From a virus: a stretch of 64,000 bases of DNA. Under the pieces are notes generated by a model, which did not search any database, was not told the DNA's origin, and was given only the letters and a program-made list of their open reading frames with translations. A program made the translations under genes and the position numbers. The stretch is from positions 32,001 through 96,000 of IMG/VR virus record IMGVR_UViG_3300025674_000019; one strand, 5' to 3'. Each line of letters begins with the position of its first letter. Within the stretch, counting starts at the first letter, position 1. Of this stretch, positions 10,399 to 20,525 are shown piece by piece.

Positions 10399-10913
10399 TA
10401 GTTTACATCCATATATAGCAGTATAAGAGCAAGCGTTCTCAGTAAGTTAGGTATACCAGTGTGAGCTACATCCATGTTCTCGTGCATTGGAGACTGGAAC
10501 TTGTTGTAGTAGCCACTCTTACTAAGAAGCGCTCTTGCTCGTTCGTACAATACTTGGTAAGACCCTTCGTCCTCCATTAGGCTAGACACTTTTACTACGT
10601 TAGGAAGCGCTGTACCTATAATAGTGTCCGTATTTGCAGCAAACATATGCTTTACCAAGTGTGCGCAGCCATTTGTTGCTAGTAGCTGTATGGCCCTATA
10701 GGCAGCTAGTCTTAGCTCAGGAGTCCTTCCCTGGTCATCCTCAGACACGAGAGAGCCTAGAACTGAGTCCCTAAGTGAGTTTAGCTCTGGGACATCCCCG
10801 ATGTGAGTAGCTATCCGTAGCGCTACCTCCCCTAGAGGGGTTCCCTGAAGAGCGGCGTGGTGCTCCGTCTTGTAGTCGGGCAGGGATATGTCGTAGTCGT
10901 AGGCTAAAGTCAT
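10398..10913 (-). CDS. hypothetical protein in the tail module
   Basis: 171-aa ORF coupled to neighbours. Confidence 0.55.
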   Translation of the reverse strand: MTLAYDYDISLPDYKTEHHAALQGTPLGEVALRIATHIGDVPELNSLRDSVLGSLVSEDDQGRTPELRLAAYRAIQLLATNGCAHLVKHMFAANTDTIIGTALPNVVKVSSLMEDEGSYQVLYERARALLSKSGYYNKFQSPMHENMDVAHTGIPNLLRTLALILLYMDVN

Positions 10914-10917
10914 CTAG

Positions 10918-12258
10918 CTACTCCTGTTTTGGCTGCGGAGTTGGAGAAGACTCCTCAGAGGGGGAGGACTTTGTGTCTGCAGGAGGAGTCTTAGTGCCTG
11001 CTGCAACTGTAGAATTCAGCTTTCTCAGTGCAGCAGTAGCCGCAGCCGTATCCACTTTAGTATCAAAGTTAGTTACTTCCTCAATACTCCTAAATCCTTC
11101 TCTCTGAAAGAGTGCATCCCTCCTAGCCTTCTCGCCGGCTGTCAGGCCCGGTATCTCTGTCTGCCTGTAGGCAGCCCTAAGATCCCTAACTTCTGGCTCA
11201 TTGTTCAGAAGATCTAGTCTCCTTCTTTTTTCTTCAGCAGAGAGGCTGCTATTGCTCTTTATTCTGTTTATCTTATCCTGGAGTGCTCGTCTCGTCTGGA
11301 TAATAGAGTCACTGATATCGCACTTTGAAGCCCTTGGACTTGACAGGAAAGTCCCAGCCTTGGGTGCAGTCCTAGCCGCGGCAGACCCGCCTCTAGCCCG
11401 CATGGCGGCCCTATTAACGCGGCAGTTAGGCTTTCTAACCCCCGAAGCTCTCCTAGGCCGAGGAGGCGGCTTTATTCTTGCTGTGTTCAAGTAATCGTCA
11501 AATGCAGGCAAGGCATCTATGCCCTCGACCTTATCAAAAGAGCTAAGGCTGCCTGTAAAGTACGCATTGTTATAGCTTAAAGCCTGCTTAGGCGTAAGTA
11601 TAACCTCTTTACGCACAAGCATAGAAAAGCCAAAGTTAACCATCATCTCATTCGACGCAGATAAGTTCTGAGATAGGTTAAGGATCCATCCAGATATTAT
11701 TCTATTGTCGTAAACTACCTGGGTGAGTGTTCTATTCTTTGCCGCTGCAGTGCCCCTAAACAAGTAGTCATAGAGCTTAGTAAATATATCCCTGCACGCA
11801 GCATTCCTTGTATTGTACAAGATGCCGGAGAAGCTGTAGGTCCTAGGACTCTCCCCATAGAAAGTAGCTACATAGTTGTCCCCATGAAGAGGCATAGTCT
11901 GTACTTTTTCTGACCTATTCTCGCTCACAGAGCTCAATAGGAATCCTACATACGCAGACCCAGAAGTTATATCTATTCCTGGTATCTGCTCTAAGACCTC
12001 TAGCCTGCTCTTAGAGGCCGGCTCAGTAAAGTACATTCGTGCCTGGGATACCTCTGCAGACTCTGACCCTTCCGTAATATTGTATCTAGGGAGGAGAGCT
12101 TCTACTGACTTTCTAGTAGCGTCTCCCAGCACTGTGTTGATGTACGGGTTTTCGCTACCATCTTCTGGAAGGTTACCCGGAGGTGGAAGGAACTTAGGGT
12201 CGCTGAGTACAGCGCCATTCCTGTAGTAGTTTACATGCTCTCTTATATCAGTCCCCAT
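10918..12258 (-). CDS. putative tail tube initiator/baseplate protein
   Basis: FLLSSVSENRSEKVQ...FYGESPRTYSFSGILYN beta-rich domain; position after the tape measure gene. Confidence 0.5.
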   Translation of the reverse strand: MGTDIREHVNYYRNGAVLSDPKFLPPPGNLPEDGSENPYINTVLGDATRKSVEALLPRYNITEGSESAEVSQARMYFTEPASKSRLEVLEQIPGIDITSGSAYVGFLLSSVSENRSEKVQTMPLHGDNYVATFYGESPRTYSFSGILYNTRNAACRDIFTKLYDYLFRGTAAAKNRTLTQVVYDNRIISGWILNLSQNLSASNEMMVNFGFSMLVRKEVILTPKQALSYNNAYFTGSLSSFDKVEGIDALPAFDDYLNTARIKPPPRPRRASGVRKPNCRVNRAAMRARGGSAAARTAPKAGTFLSSPRASKCDISDSIIQTRRALQDKINRIKSNSSLSAEEKRRRLDLLNNEPEVRDLRAAYRQTEIPGLTAGEKARRDALFQREGFRSIEEVTNFDTKVDTAAATAALRKLNSTVAAGTKTPPADTKSSPSEESSPTPQPKQE

Positions 12259-12475
12259 TTAAGATACCTCCGTCTCCCTTAAATGAAGCTACACTTACAA
12301 AAGAGTCCCCATAGGCAACTGCTGACATTCTGTCATAGTGCCCTGATGTCTCCATGACAAAAGAGCCTTTTTTCCTAAGGTCATTAACCATGAGGCTAAG
12401 GAGTGCTGTAAGCTGGCTCTCAGCTGTAGCAGGGTATGTCTTATAGTAGAGCAAGCTCTCTTCTGACTGTGCCAT
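12248..12475 (-). CDS. hypothetical protein
   Basis: 75-aa ORF between coupled genes. Confidence 0.5.
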   Translation of the reverse strand: MAQSEESLLYYKTYPATAESQLTALLSLMVNDLRKKGSFVMETSGHYDRMSAVAYGDSFVSVASFKGDGGILNGD

Positions 12476-12478
12476 GGC

Positions 12479-15400
12479 TTAGCCCCTTTTAGATATAGCT
12501 GCGGAGTTAGAAGGAGTAGCGAGAGTTGTTAACTTGCTCTTTATAGCTTCTAGGTTATCCCTAGCTGCCTTGGTGTCTTCTATGGCCAGAGCTTTTATGA
12601 TACCTGCTGCGGCCTGTATGAGCATGTTGATCTTAGTTGCTGCTGCAGCTACCGACGTGTCCCCAGATGAGTCTTGTCCTGGTACCGGTGCGCTACCCAT
12701 CATATTAAGCACGCCTTCTCTAAAGCGCTTAGACGCTTCTTTTACCTTCTCAGTATCCCCTTGCTGTAGGCCTGCAAAGGTCCTAGTAAAGAGCTCGCGT
12801 ACTCGCTCCTGTACGTCCCCTGATAATCCAGACATGCTTCCGCCTAGAGTTGACTCTATGCTCTCATCAATCTGCATCTGGCCTCCTGCAGATCTAAGAA
12901 GACTTATCTCTCCTCTTCTCATGAACTTAAGGAAGTTACCAGTAGCGTCGTCTCTGTCTCCAAACAGCCCAGCTAGAGGATTATCCTGAAGCATCTCCTC
13001 TGCCATGCCCTGGCTCTTAGATGCGGCCCCCGTAAGCCCTAGCTCGTTCATTTTAGCTGCGAACTGCTCGTCGTTCAACGCCCTATACTGCAGGTTTTCC
13101 TTAGTTGCCGGCCCCTCCCGTGTAGCCCCAGTAGCTGTAATTATATTTTTAAGGTGGGATTTAAGCTTTTCTTTCTCAGAGCTAGAAAGAGCGTCATACT
13201 TTTTCTTCTGCTCTGATGTCAGTTTAGTATTTATGAACCTTCTTACTGCTAGGTCTTCCTCGCCTACGTATAGCCTTCCCTCTTTTGTTATAAAGTTTCG
13301 CATTTGGGCTGACACCTGCCCAAGTGTTGATCCCAGTTTAGTGTATAGATCGCCAAAGCTTTCTAGTTTTGCTCTAAAGTTTGTTTCGGTCATCTCTGCA
13401 GAGGACCCTGTAAGCAAACTAAGAGTAGACACACTCCCAGTCTCTTTGCCTAGCTTGGCTGCTGCCTCTGCCGACATGTACGCTCTAGCTTGTATCTCAT
13501 CCGGGGTTAGAGCCCGCTTATACGTAACGGAGACTCCTTCTTCCATTAGCGCCTTGTAGGAAGCTTCCGAGCCTCCTCCGGCTTCTAGAAGAGCGAGACC
13601 TGTTAAGCCTACTCTTCCCACTTTACCTAAGAAAGTATTAAGGTTTCCGCCCTCATTCTCCCTCGCTGCAGCGTATACCCCTTCTGTAAGCCTCTTTACC
13701 TCGTCAGGAGAGAGGTCGTTGTACTTAGCGGTAGCCTCCTCAATGGTCATACTAGGGTCTTCTCGCATAAAAGCTTGGATTAGGAAGTGCCTAGCCGTGG
13801 CCGTGGCATCGGATGCGATATCCCTACCTCCGGAAGGACCTTCTAGAGTTCTTTCTCCGGGCCCGAATATGCTTGTGCTTCCGGGGTTATTCGCAATGTG
13901 AAGGCTTGCGAGCCTCTCCGCCCTGTAGACTAGAGCTCTCTGCTCTGGGCTTAGGTTTAAGTTATCGAATTTAGCTCTAGTATATTTAGCAAAAGTGCCT
14001 GTGCCAGCAGCCACCCCTTCTATAACAGTTTCATCAAATGCTCTTCTTACTTGCTCTTGGGTCGTGTCTAGAGAAAGGTTATCTCTTAGCTTGCTAATAG
14101 CTCCAGTGTCTCCTAAGGTTCCTAGCGCTCTTCTGGCTTGGCCTAAAGTTCGCTCAGTAAATCCTGCTTCAGCCATTCTCTCTATCTCAGCCAGCCTCTG
14201 CAGTCTTATGGCGCCAATATCGCGAGAACCTCTGCCGTACAGAGCAGTAGTCAGCCCCTCCACATACTCGTATCTGTCTCCACTGAACCCTTCGTTAAAT
14301 AGATACTCGCCAATAGCTCCACGGCCTTCATTCTCAAAGAAAGCTTGAGATCCTTTGCCAAAGAAGTCGTTGGCAAAAACACTCCGTAGTCGTTGAGCAG
14401 CAAGATTATCGTTCATCTGTCCGTAGCGGTAATCTTCTGAAGTGAAAGCATTGTACAACGTGTCAGTGAAGAATCCTCGTTCACTAATATCCCGAGTGTA
14501 TATCCCACCCCTTCTGTTAGGTCTCAGCAAGCTTCTGCTTGAGTAGTCTGTTCCTCCTATTAACCCGAGGTAGTCGGCGCTACTGTACTGACCTGGGGTA
14601 GCCCCAAACCTATCTCTGGCTTCTCTCCTGAGCATATCTTCTCGTCCAGCAGCTCGATCTGCCTCCAGCCTACCTAGAGACTCAAAGTAGCCAGCTCTAG
14701 CTGTTTCTTGTATCTGCTCTGCGCTTGTAAAGTTTCGGAGAGCTAGTTGATCCAACTCTTGAAGCTGCTGGTTTCTAAACGCTTCTCTACGCCTAGACCT
14801 GCCTTGGCTGTAAGTCTGCAGCTGAGTAAGGACTGCTTTTCCAGACTCTCCGTATAGCTCACTAGCTACTGCATTTAGATCCAGATTGTTTGTGGATAGA
14901 GCTCTTTGCACTATCTCTTCGCCCATCATTCCAAGGCGAGTAGCAGGGTCCATAGAGTTAGCAGCTTCCCTGCTGAGCTTACCTATGTCTCGGCTCAGTA
15001 CGCTCTGGACTAGGCTTCGAGTAGATCTGTCTCTTAGCAGCTTGTTAGCCTCAGGGCCTCTAATCAGCCGCATACCTCTCTTGTTCGCTTCCTCTGGGTT
15101 GAGCCCTAGCTCAACCATTCTCTGCAAAGCGCCCTGGTCAATCTTTAGTTGCCCTGATGCTGGGTCTAAGTAGTACGAGCCCATAGCAAGAGACTGGGCG
15201 TTCCTGGCTGCAAAAGATGCGTGTGCTTGTGTAAGGTTATTAGTATACGCTTCGGCAGACCCGCCTACAGCTGCTTGCTGTGCTGCTGACAAGAATCCGA
15301 ACTGGGAGTTAGCAGTAACAGAGGAAAAGAGAGCTGACTCTACCCCTAGTTGGCCGCCTAAGCCCGCTCCAGCAGTAGTGCTGGCTGCAGCAGAGAGCGT

Positions 15401-16291
15401 CTGGTTTGTAGCTTCTAGCGTTTTGCCTGCTAACCTAGCAGCAGTCACTACCTGCCTAGAGATGTTAAGGGACTTAAACTTATCAAGCTTAACACCCATA
15501 TTCTCTGTGAGCTGCTGCATCTGAAGGGCATCAGCCGGGGATATCCCTTCTCCTAGATCCATTATACTCTTTGTAAGAGTAGCAAGCTGCTTTACTCTGG
15601 ATGCTATAGAAGAAGCACTGCCGGTATGACCCCGCATAAGGCCCATTTCACCGGCCATGCTATGTATCTGATAGACATCCTGCTTGGTGAAGCCAGAACC
15701 TTCAGCAGTAGAGTCGAGGGCATTGACTATTCCCGCGGCGGCAGCGTTTGTCATTCTACCTGTGGTAGGGTCAATCATAGCCCCAGAGGTTATGCCCGAG
15801 TACATCTGACGAATGCCTCGAATATCCCCCATACGGTTCTCGAAGCCTCTGTAGTACTCCGCCCCTGCGTCGAGGAATTTAGCACCCGCCGTGACTGCTA
15901 GTGTAGCAGGGTTAAACATGCCTAGGCCTAAGAGCATGCTAGCGCCTGCAGTGCCTACGCCTGCCGCTAAGCTTCCGTAGTTCAGTAGTTTAGCCGTGCT
16001 CCTAGCATCTAGCTCAGACTTGTAGGCAGAGTATATACCTGCGTCCATCGTCCTAGCATCATAATACCCAGGCTGATTAGTCTGGGGATTAGTCATAAAT
16101 CTGACTGCAGCTTGCTGCGCTTGTGCAGAGAGATAGTCTGTACCTAGAGCTGGGTTGTAGATAGGCACATGCGCGGCAGGCGCTGAGATCTGCGGGGCAG
16201 CCCTGCCATTGTCCATTGGGGAGTATACGCTATTTACGTTGTAAAAGCTCTGGGCTGTAGTAGGGTATACTCCCTGTCCGGACTCATACAT
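12479..16291 (-). CDS. tape-measure-like protein (1270 aa)
   Basis: Long Ala/Gly-rich helical protein directly downstream of a frameshifted chaperone pair. Confidence 0.7.
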   Translation of the reverse strand: MYESGQGVYPTTAQSFYNVNSVYSPMDNGRAAPQISAPAAHVPIYNPALGTDYLSAQAQQAAVRFMTNPQTNQPGYYDARTMDAGIYSAYKSELDARSTAKLLNYGSLAAGVGTAGASMLLGLGMFNPATLAVTAGAKFLDAGAEYYRGFENRMGDIRGIRQMYSGITSGAMIDPTTGRMTNAAAAGIVNALDSTAEGSGFTKQDVYQIHSMAGEMGLMRGHTGSASSIASRVKQLATLTKSIMDLGEGISPADALQMQQLTENMGVKLDKFKSLNISRQVVTAARLAGKTLEATNQTLSAAASTTAGAGLGGQLGVESALFSSVTANSQFGFLSAAQQAAVGGSAEAYTNNLTQAHASFAARNAQSLAMGSYYLDPASGQLKIDQGALQRMVELGLNPEEANKRGMRLIRGPEANKLLRDRSTRSLVQSVLSRDIGKLSREAANSMDPATRLGMMGEEIVQRALSTNNLDLNAVASELYGESGKAVLTQLQTYSQGRSRRREAFRNQQLQELDQLALRNFTSAEQIQETARAGYFESLGRLEADRAAGREDMLRREARDRFGATPGQYSSADYLGLIGGTDYSSRSLLRPNRRGGIYTRDISERGFFTDTLYNAFTSEDYRYGQMNDNLAAQRLRSVFANDFFGKGSQAFFENEGRGAIGEYLFNEGFSGDRYEYVEGLTTALYGRGSRDIGAIRLQRLAEIERMAEAGFTERTLGQARRALGTLGDTGAISKLRDNLSLDTTQEQVRRAFDETVIEGVAAGTGTFAKYTRAKFDNLNLSPEQRALVYRAERLASLHIANNPGSTSIFGPGERTLEGPSGGRDIASDATATARHFLIQAFMREDPSMTIEEATAKYNDLSPDEVKRLTEGVYAAARENEGGNLNTFLGKVGRVGLTGLALLEAGGGSEASYKALMEEGVSVTYKRALTPDEIQARAYMSAEAAAKLGKETGSVSTLSLLTGSSAEMTETNFRAKLESFGDLYTKLGSTLGQVSAQMRNFITKEGRLYVGEEDLAVRRFINTKLTSEQKKKYDALSSSEKEKLKSHLKNIITATGATREGPATKENLQYRALNDEQFAAKMNELGLTGAASKSQGMAEEMLQDNPLAGLFGDRDDATGNFLKFMRRGEISLLRSAGGQMQIDESIESTLGGSMSGLSGDVQERVRELFTRTFAGLQQGDTEKVKEASKRFREGVLNMMGSAPVPGQDSSGDTSVAAAATKINMLIQAAAGIIKALAIEDTKAARDNLEAIKSKLTTLATPSNSAAISKRG

Positions 16292-16652
16292 CAGGTATTT
16301 CCTCTAGCTTTTTAAGCATCTCTGCTGCGCTATCTGTAGATGAGCTCTGGGAGTCTCTAAACCTAGAGTTTCCGGTTACTCTTCCACTTAAATCGTAGGC
16401 GTTGGGGTTGTGTACTACCATGTTGTAGAACTCGGAGAGATTCTTAGTCACCTCGTCCACCATCTCAGGGCTCTTAGTGATCTGAGCTGCGAGGTTAAAT
16501 ATCTCTACTTGTAGCCTTTTCCACGATCTAAGGCGCTCCCGATGTACCATCTCCTCCAATACTGCTGATCTTACTGAGCCTCTGGGAGGCAAGGTGACCC
16601 CTCGGAGAAGTAGCTCTGCCCTAGCGCTACCCCAAGGGGCGCTTAAAAATTT
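16284..16652 (-). CDS. -1 frameshift extension of the tail assembly chaperone (lambda gpT-like part)
   Basis: The -1 frame is open from the slippery heptamer A AAT TTT (16652-16646) into the ORF listed at 16284-16592. Confidence 0.7.
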   Translation of the reverse strand, partial: KFLSAPWGSARAELLLRGVTLPPRGSVRSAVLEEMVHRERLRSWKRLQVEIFNLAAQITKSPEMVDEVTKNLSEFYNMVVHNPNAYDLSGRVTGNSRFRDSQSSSTDSAAEMLKKLEEIPDV

Positions 16653-17266
16653 TCTAGTGCTCTCGCATCGCAGGCCAGGCGGACCTTAGTGTCAAACCGG
16701 TTCATAGTCTGAGCTAGAGCAATGAACACCGGCTGAGGGAGAGATGAGATAAAGTCCCAGCGGTCCTTCCACTCCAGGTCTAGCTCTGCGCGATTGTCGT
16801 CGGATGGGTATGTATGCGGAAAAGTCTTATCCGCAAAGCTGGCTAGGCATGAAGCCAAGTTGATCCTCGATGCTAAGTGGGCGATCTCTGCGTCCGTGCG
16901 AGGTTGAATCTCACGCAGCATCTCAATTAGGCGGTCGCCGTCCACGGTAGTGCGAGTACGAATCTTAAATACTCGCCCTGCCATGCGGTAAGTCTCTTCG
17001 TAGAAACCGTTAGTCATAACGGTATCTAGGATCCTTGCTGCGTCTTTGAGGTCGAGATTATGATCCGAGCACTCCATCTTCCACATCTCTAGAGGAGTAG
17101 AGTACGTACTAGAGATAGCCTCAGCGAGTGCGTCCAGGTTCTCCTGCTCTGCCATCTCCTCAGGAGTTGGTTCTTCACTGACATCTTCTGTTGTGATAAA
17201 CTTCTCTACGTCAATGGACTTCGAGCCTAGTTTGACGCTAGCGAGGTCCGTAATCTTACCTGACAT
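16643..17266 (-). CDS. tail assembly chaperone (lambda gpG-like)
   Basis: Acidic 207-aa protein upstream of the tape measure gene, ending GAA AAT TTT TAA on a slippery site; AGGAG RBS. Confidence 0.7.
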   Translation of the reverse strand: MSGKITDLASVKLGSKSIDVEKFITTEDVSEEPTPEEMAEQENLDALAEAISSTYSTPLEMWKMECSDHNLDLKDAARILDTVMTNGFYEETYRMAGRVFKIRTRTTVDGDRLIEMLREIQPRTDAEIAHLASRINLASCLASFADKTFPHTYPSDDNRAELDLEWKDRWDFISSLPQPVFIALAQTMNRFDTKVRLACDARALENF

Positions 17267-17285
17267 GTATTTCTCCTAGGAGTAT

Positions 17286-17450
17286 ATGATGATCCATTCC
17301 GACATGGATGACCGAGATAAGCGCCAGAAAGATCTAGAGGATCTTCTGGAGCCAGAGCTAAACATAGAAGATGGTGTTCCTACTGTCGAGGGTAAAAAGT
17401 TAGCGGACGAAATCATAGAGCCGCTAGAAGAGGTAGAGGTAGATCTCTAA
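17286..17450 (+). CDS. small acidic hypothetical protein (54 aa, MMIHSDMDDRDKRQ...)
   Basis: AGGAG RBS; its TAA overlaps the next gene's ATG (TAATG). Confidence 0.6.
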   Translation: MMIHSDMDDRDKRQKDLEDLLEPELNIEDGVPTVEGKKLADEIIEPLEEVEVDL

Positions 17451-17962
17451 TGCCAGAAGTAATTAGTCCTAATACATTAATTAAGTCTTACAACCAGGGT
17501 GATAAGTTCCTTATTAACCCTAAGTTTACTGCACAAGCTTGGGAAGAAAGCTACGCTCGCCTTGGTGAGCTGCTTGCAGAAATAGACGACGGCAGAATGC
17601 TTATGGTAGTAGGCTTACCAAGTTCAGGTAAGACTACATTCATAGAGAACCACTCAGAAGAGTTGGAAGACTACGACGTTATCTTTGATGGAGGCTTTCC
17701 AAGTAAGATAGGCCGTAGCGCCGTAACTAATATAGCTAAGGGAGCGGGGTGGGAGGTAGATGCTCTTTACCTAGACACCCCGTATAACGTCTGCCGTAAT
17801 CGAAACCATAGGAACGCAAACGGTCAGCGTATACCCTTTGAAGCTTTTAAGCTAGTGGCTAGAAGCTTTAGTGAACCTAAAAGCTTTGAAGGGTTTAACT
17901 CTATTCGCAGAGTTAGCGGAACCAGCTCTAGACAGCGAGAGGTGGGCCTAGAGGCTGGCTAG
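17450..17962 (+). CDS. P-loop kinase (AAA_33/polynucleotide-kinase-like)
   Basis: Walker A GLPSSGKT, VIFDG, LDTPYNVCRNRN and EPKSFEGF. Confidence 0.75.
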   Translation: MPEVISPNTLIKSYNQGDKFLINPKFTAQAWEESYARLGELLAEIDDGRMLMVVGLPSSGKTTFIENHSEELEDYDVIFDGGFPSKIGRSAVTNIAKGAGWEVDALYLDTPYNVCRNRNHRNANGQRIPFEAFKLVARSFSEPKSFEGFNSIRRVSGTSSRQREVGLEAG

Positions 17963-18734
17963 GAGGAGTCTCGGCAAATGCACTTGGAACCCCAGAGTCG
18001 GAAAGCTGGTCGTAGCCTATATATCCAAGACCTAGAGCTGCTAACCCGCCGAGCCCTGCTCTCTGCATCTTAACGTTTTTGAGCTGCTTAGATAAGCCTG
18101 AGCCTATGCGCTGCTCAGCAGTCAACGCGCCTTTAGCTTCTGCGAGAGCTTTCTGCTCAGCAGCTAAAGCCTCCCTAGCTGCCGCTTGCTCAGCCTGCTG
18201 TGCTTCTCGAAGTGCTTGAATATCACGTGTTAGTACCTCGGATTGTGTTCTATATGAGCGCATTTGTCTCTTTGCGGCTTGTTCTGCTTCTACAGCACGC
18301 TCTACTTTCATCATTTCCTTTGAAAGGTCTCTACTCGTATCTCTGAATCTGCCTCTGTAGTTTTCACCTATCCTTCGTGCCCTCTCAAGCTCACTTTCAA
18401 GTCCTTGGCGAGCTCTCAATTGATCGGCGGCCCCGCTCCTCATGAGATTTATTTCTGATATAAGAGCCTCCCGAGCCGCTGCTTGCTCCGCTTTGAGGGC
18501 TTTCATCTGCTCTCGTAGCATTGGTGCTTCGGACCTAGTAGTGGCTAGTTCTTGCATTTGAGTAGGAGTCAGGTTACTTGCTCTAGCTTCTGCTGCAGAG
18601 GGAATAAAGCGCCTTTTTGAGGACTCCTTAATAAGCACTTCAAGGGCAGTCTGACCGATGTCACTATCAATTGAAGCTGTCTTAAGGAAGTCTAGAGCTC
18701 CTTGTAAGTAAGAATCGTGAGCTAGCTTAGTCAT
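17928..18734 (-). CDS. K-x-A-motif coiled-coil protein with a C-terminal Gly-rich membrane helix
   Basis: YLQGALDFLKTAS near the N-terminus, a long coiled coil, then AGLGGLAALGLGYIGY. Confidence 0.6.
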   Translation of the reverse strand: MTKLAHDSYLQGALDFLKTASIDSDIGQTALEVLIKESSKRRFIPSAAEARASNLTPTQMQELATTRSEAPMLREQMKALKAEQAAAREALISEINLMRSGAADQLRARQGLESELERARRIGENYRGRFRDTSRDLSKEMMKVERAVEAEQAAKRQMRSYRTQSEVLTRDIQALREAQQAEQAAAREALAAEQKALAEAKGALTAEQRIGSGLSKQLKNVKMQRAGLGGLAALGLGYIGYDQLSDSGVPSAFAETPPSQPLGPPLAV

Positions 18735-18796
18735 TGGTGGTACTCCTGCTGAGATGGGTGAGGCCTATTTTCAGTAATTATAGTAAAAGCTAATCT

Positions 18797-18837
18797 AAAA
18801 AAAAAAACGCCCGAGTAGCGTAAAGCTGTAAGGGCGC
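18797..18837 (-). terminator. intrinsic terminator
   Basis: CGCCC...GGGCG stem followed by a T11 tract, downstream of gene 18870-19427. Confidence 0.6.
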
Positions 18838-18869
18838 TTAATTCAAAAAACTCACTGGGAGTTTAGAGC

Positions 18870-19427
18870 TTAGCTTAGAGCTTTGTACGCCCCATAGCCG
18901 AGACCACTCAATGCTGCGGTACCTCCGAGAGCGAGAGCGAGATTCCTCTGGCGCTCTGCAGCTGCTTCTTCCTCTGCTTGAGCAGCAGCGAGAGCCTGAG
19001 CCTGAGCTGCCGCGATCTCATCGCTGTCGTCGAGAGCAGAGGAGATTCCTAGGCCTGCTGCGGTAAGAGCTCCTGCGCCAACAGCTCCCAGACCAAGGTC
19101 GCCCAATCCTTGAGCTCTGCGTTCAGCCATTCGGCCAGCTGCCCCAAGAATACCACGATTTTTCATAGCGTCACGTAGGGCAGCGGCCTCGCCGCCGGCG
19201 AACGCGGGCATAGTTAGTGACTTCATTTTTAAAGCCTCTCGAGCTGCGCCCACATCCTTACCCAAGAGCTTGGCTGCGCCCCCCTCGACTAACTTCTTAG
19301 CGCCTGCCCTAAGGCCCTGAAGAGCGACCTTCTCCAGCTCATTGTAGCTAGCTACTTTGATCTGTGGGTCAACGTTTAGCTGAGAAAGAGTTTCTGCAAC
19401 ACCCTGTAAATATGCCTGATTACTCAT
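18870..19427 (-). CDS. K-x-A-motif protein with two Gly-zipper membrane helices
   Basis: AYLQG, IKVAS and LEKVA motifs; helices LGLGAVGAGALTAAGLG and LALGGTAALSGLGYGAYKAL. Confidence 0.6.
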   Translation of the reverse strand: MSNQAYLQGVAETLSQLNVDPQIKVASYNELEKVALQGLRAGAKKLVEGGAAKLLGKDVGAAREALKMKSLTMPAFAGGEAAALRDAMKNRGILGAAGRMAERRAQGLGDLGLGAVGAGALTAAGLGISSALDDSDEIAAAQAQALAAAQAEEEAAAERQRNLALALGGTAALSGLGYGAYKALS

Positions 19428-19478
19428 TTTCTAACCCTTTCGTAAGTTAGGTTTAAAGCTCGGTACCAAGCCTGGCCG

Positions 19479-19507
19479 CGTAATAAATTAATCCAGGCTG
19501 TTATAAG
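19479..19507 (+). promoter_or_regulatory. phage bipartite promoter copy
   Basis: CGTAAT-N14-TGT-TATAAG. Confidence 0.55.
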
Positions 19508-19537
19508 TATATGTCTGCTGCCACTTAGGAGTCCAGC

Positions 19538-19720
19538 ATGCTGAGAGAAATTCTCTCGTTTACTAAAACAATAGGCAAGTATTGCCTTTCTGCTCTAGAA
19601 TTTCTAGGTAGTGCTACAGGCATGGGTGCGCTAAGCTTCCTCAGCATAGTTTACAACCCCTTCATGCTAATTATTACTGTACCTGTAGGCATATACTTGT
19701 ACGTAGAGGGTGAACGTTGA
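19538..19720 (+). CDS. small membrane protein
   Basis: AGGAG RBS; hydrophobic 60-aa ORF. Confidence 0.55.
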   Translation: MLREILSFTKTIGKYCLSALEFLGSATGMGALSFLSIVYNPFMLIITVPVGIYLYVEGER

Positions 19721-19733
19721 CTGGAGATTAAAT

Positions 19734-20453
19734 ATGGAACTAAGTACAGAAGCACTAGAAGCTGCGTGCAAACTAGCATATGAACTAGGCCAGCAGCGTG
19801 CAAATAATGACTGGGACCTTCTTACGAAAGAAGCTAGCTGGAGGCAGCTGGGGTCTGAGTTCCTGGGGGGAGCTAAGGCTTTGGCTAACCGGCAGACATT
19901 CCAGTCAGGTAGGCAAGCAGCCAGAAGCGCTATGGAAAACCCAGCACTTACGGGCGCTGCTGGTGGGTTTAAAGACCTTGCTAGAACTGCCGGACAACAG
20001 ATGGCTCAGCCTTTTAAGAATGTGTACCAGACATTTAGGGGTAAAGGGTACCAAGGAGCTGTATCCCGAGGAGACGCTAATGTAGAGGCGGCGGCTAAGA
20101 GGCTTCAGGCTGCTACTACCACTGAAGCTAAGCAGATTGCCCAGAAAGAGCTGGCAGAAGCCCAGCGAGCGCTAGATACTCAACTCAAGAGCTTCGGCAG
20201 CTATGGTTTCTCTAGCCCTCAAGCGGCAAGAGCTGCAGGGTCTAGAAACTACTTTGGGGCAGGCGGAGCGCTAGAAGGCCAAGCGGGTAACGTCGCAGCT
20301 GCGGTTGGCGCTGGTGCTCTAGGTACAGCGGGAATATACGGTGCTGGGCAAATGGTCGCTGGGTCTCCGCAAAATACATACGTAACTAACGTGCAGTCTC
20401 AGCAGGCCCCGCATGAGTACTACCTGAACCAGCTAAGCGGCATGTTCTCGTAG
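19734..20453 (+). CDS. K-x-A-motif protein with a Gly-rich membrane helix
   Basis: ATG at 19734 with GGAG RBS; CKLAYELG and TKEASW motifs; helix AAAVGAGALGTAGIYGAG. Confidence 0.6.
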   Translation: MELSTEALEAACKLAYELGQQRANNDWDLLTKEASWRQLGSEFLGGAKALANRQTFQSGRQAARSAMENPALTGAAGGFKDLARTAGQQMAQPFKNVYQTFRGKGYQGAVSRGDANVEAAAKRLQAATTTEAKQIAQKELAEAQRALDTQLKSFGSYGFSSPQAARAAGSRNYFGAGGALEGQAGNVAAAVGAGALGTAGIYGAGQMVAGSPQNTYVTNVQSQQAPHEYYLNQLSGMFS

Positions 20454-20455
20454 TG

Positions 20456-20485
20456 CGCAAAACAGAGGGTTCAGTCTGACATAAG
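20456..20485 (+). promoter_or_regulatory. phage bipartite promoter copy
   Basis: CGCAAA-N15-TGA-CATAAG. Confidence 0.65.
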
Positions 20486-20525
20486 AATATGTCGGGGCAT
20501 TATAGCCCATTATAAGGAGAATCAG

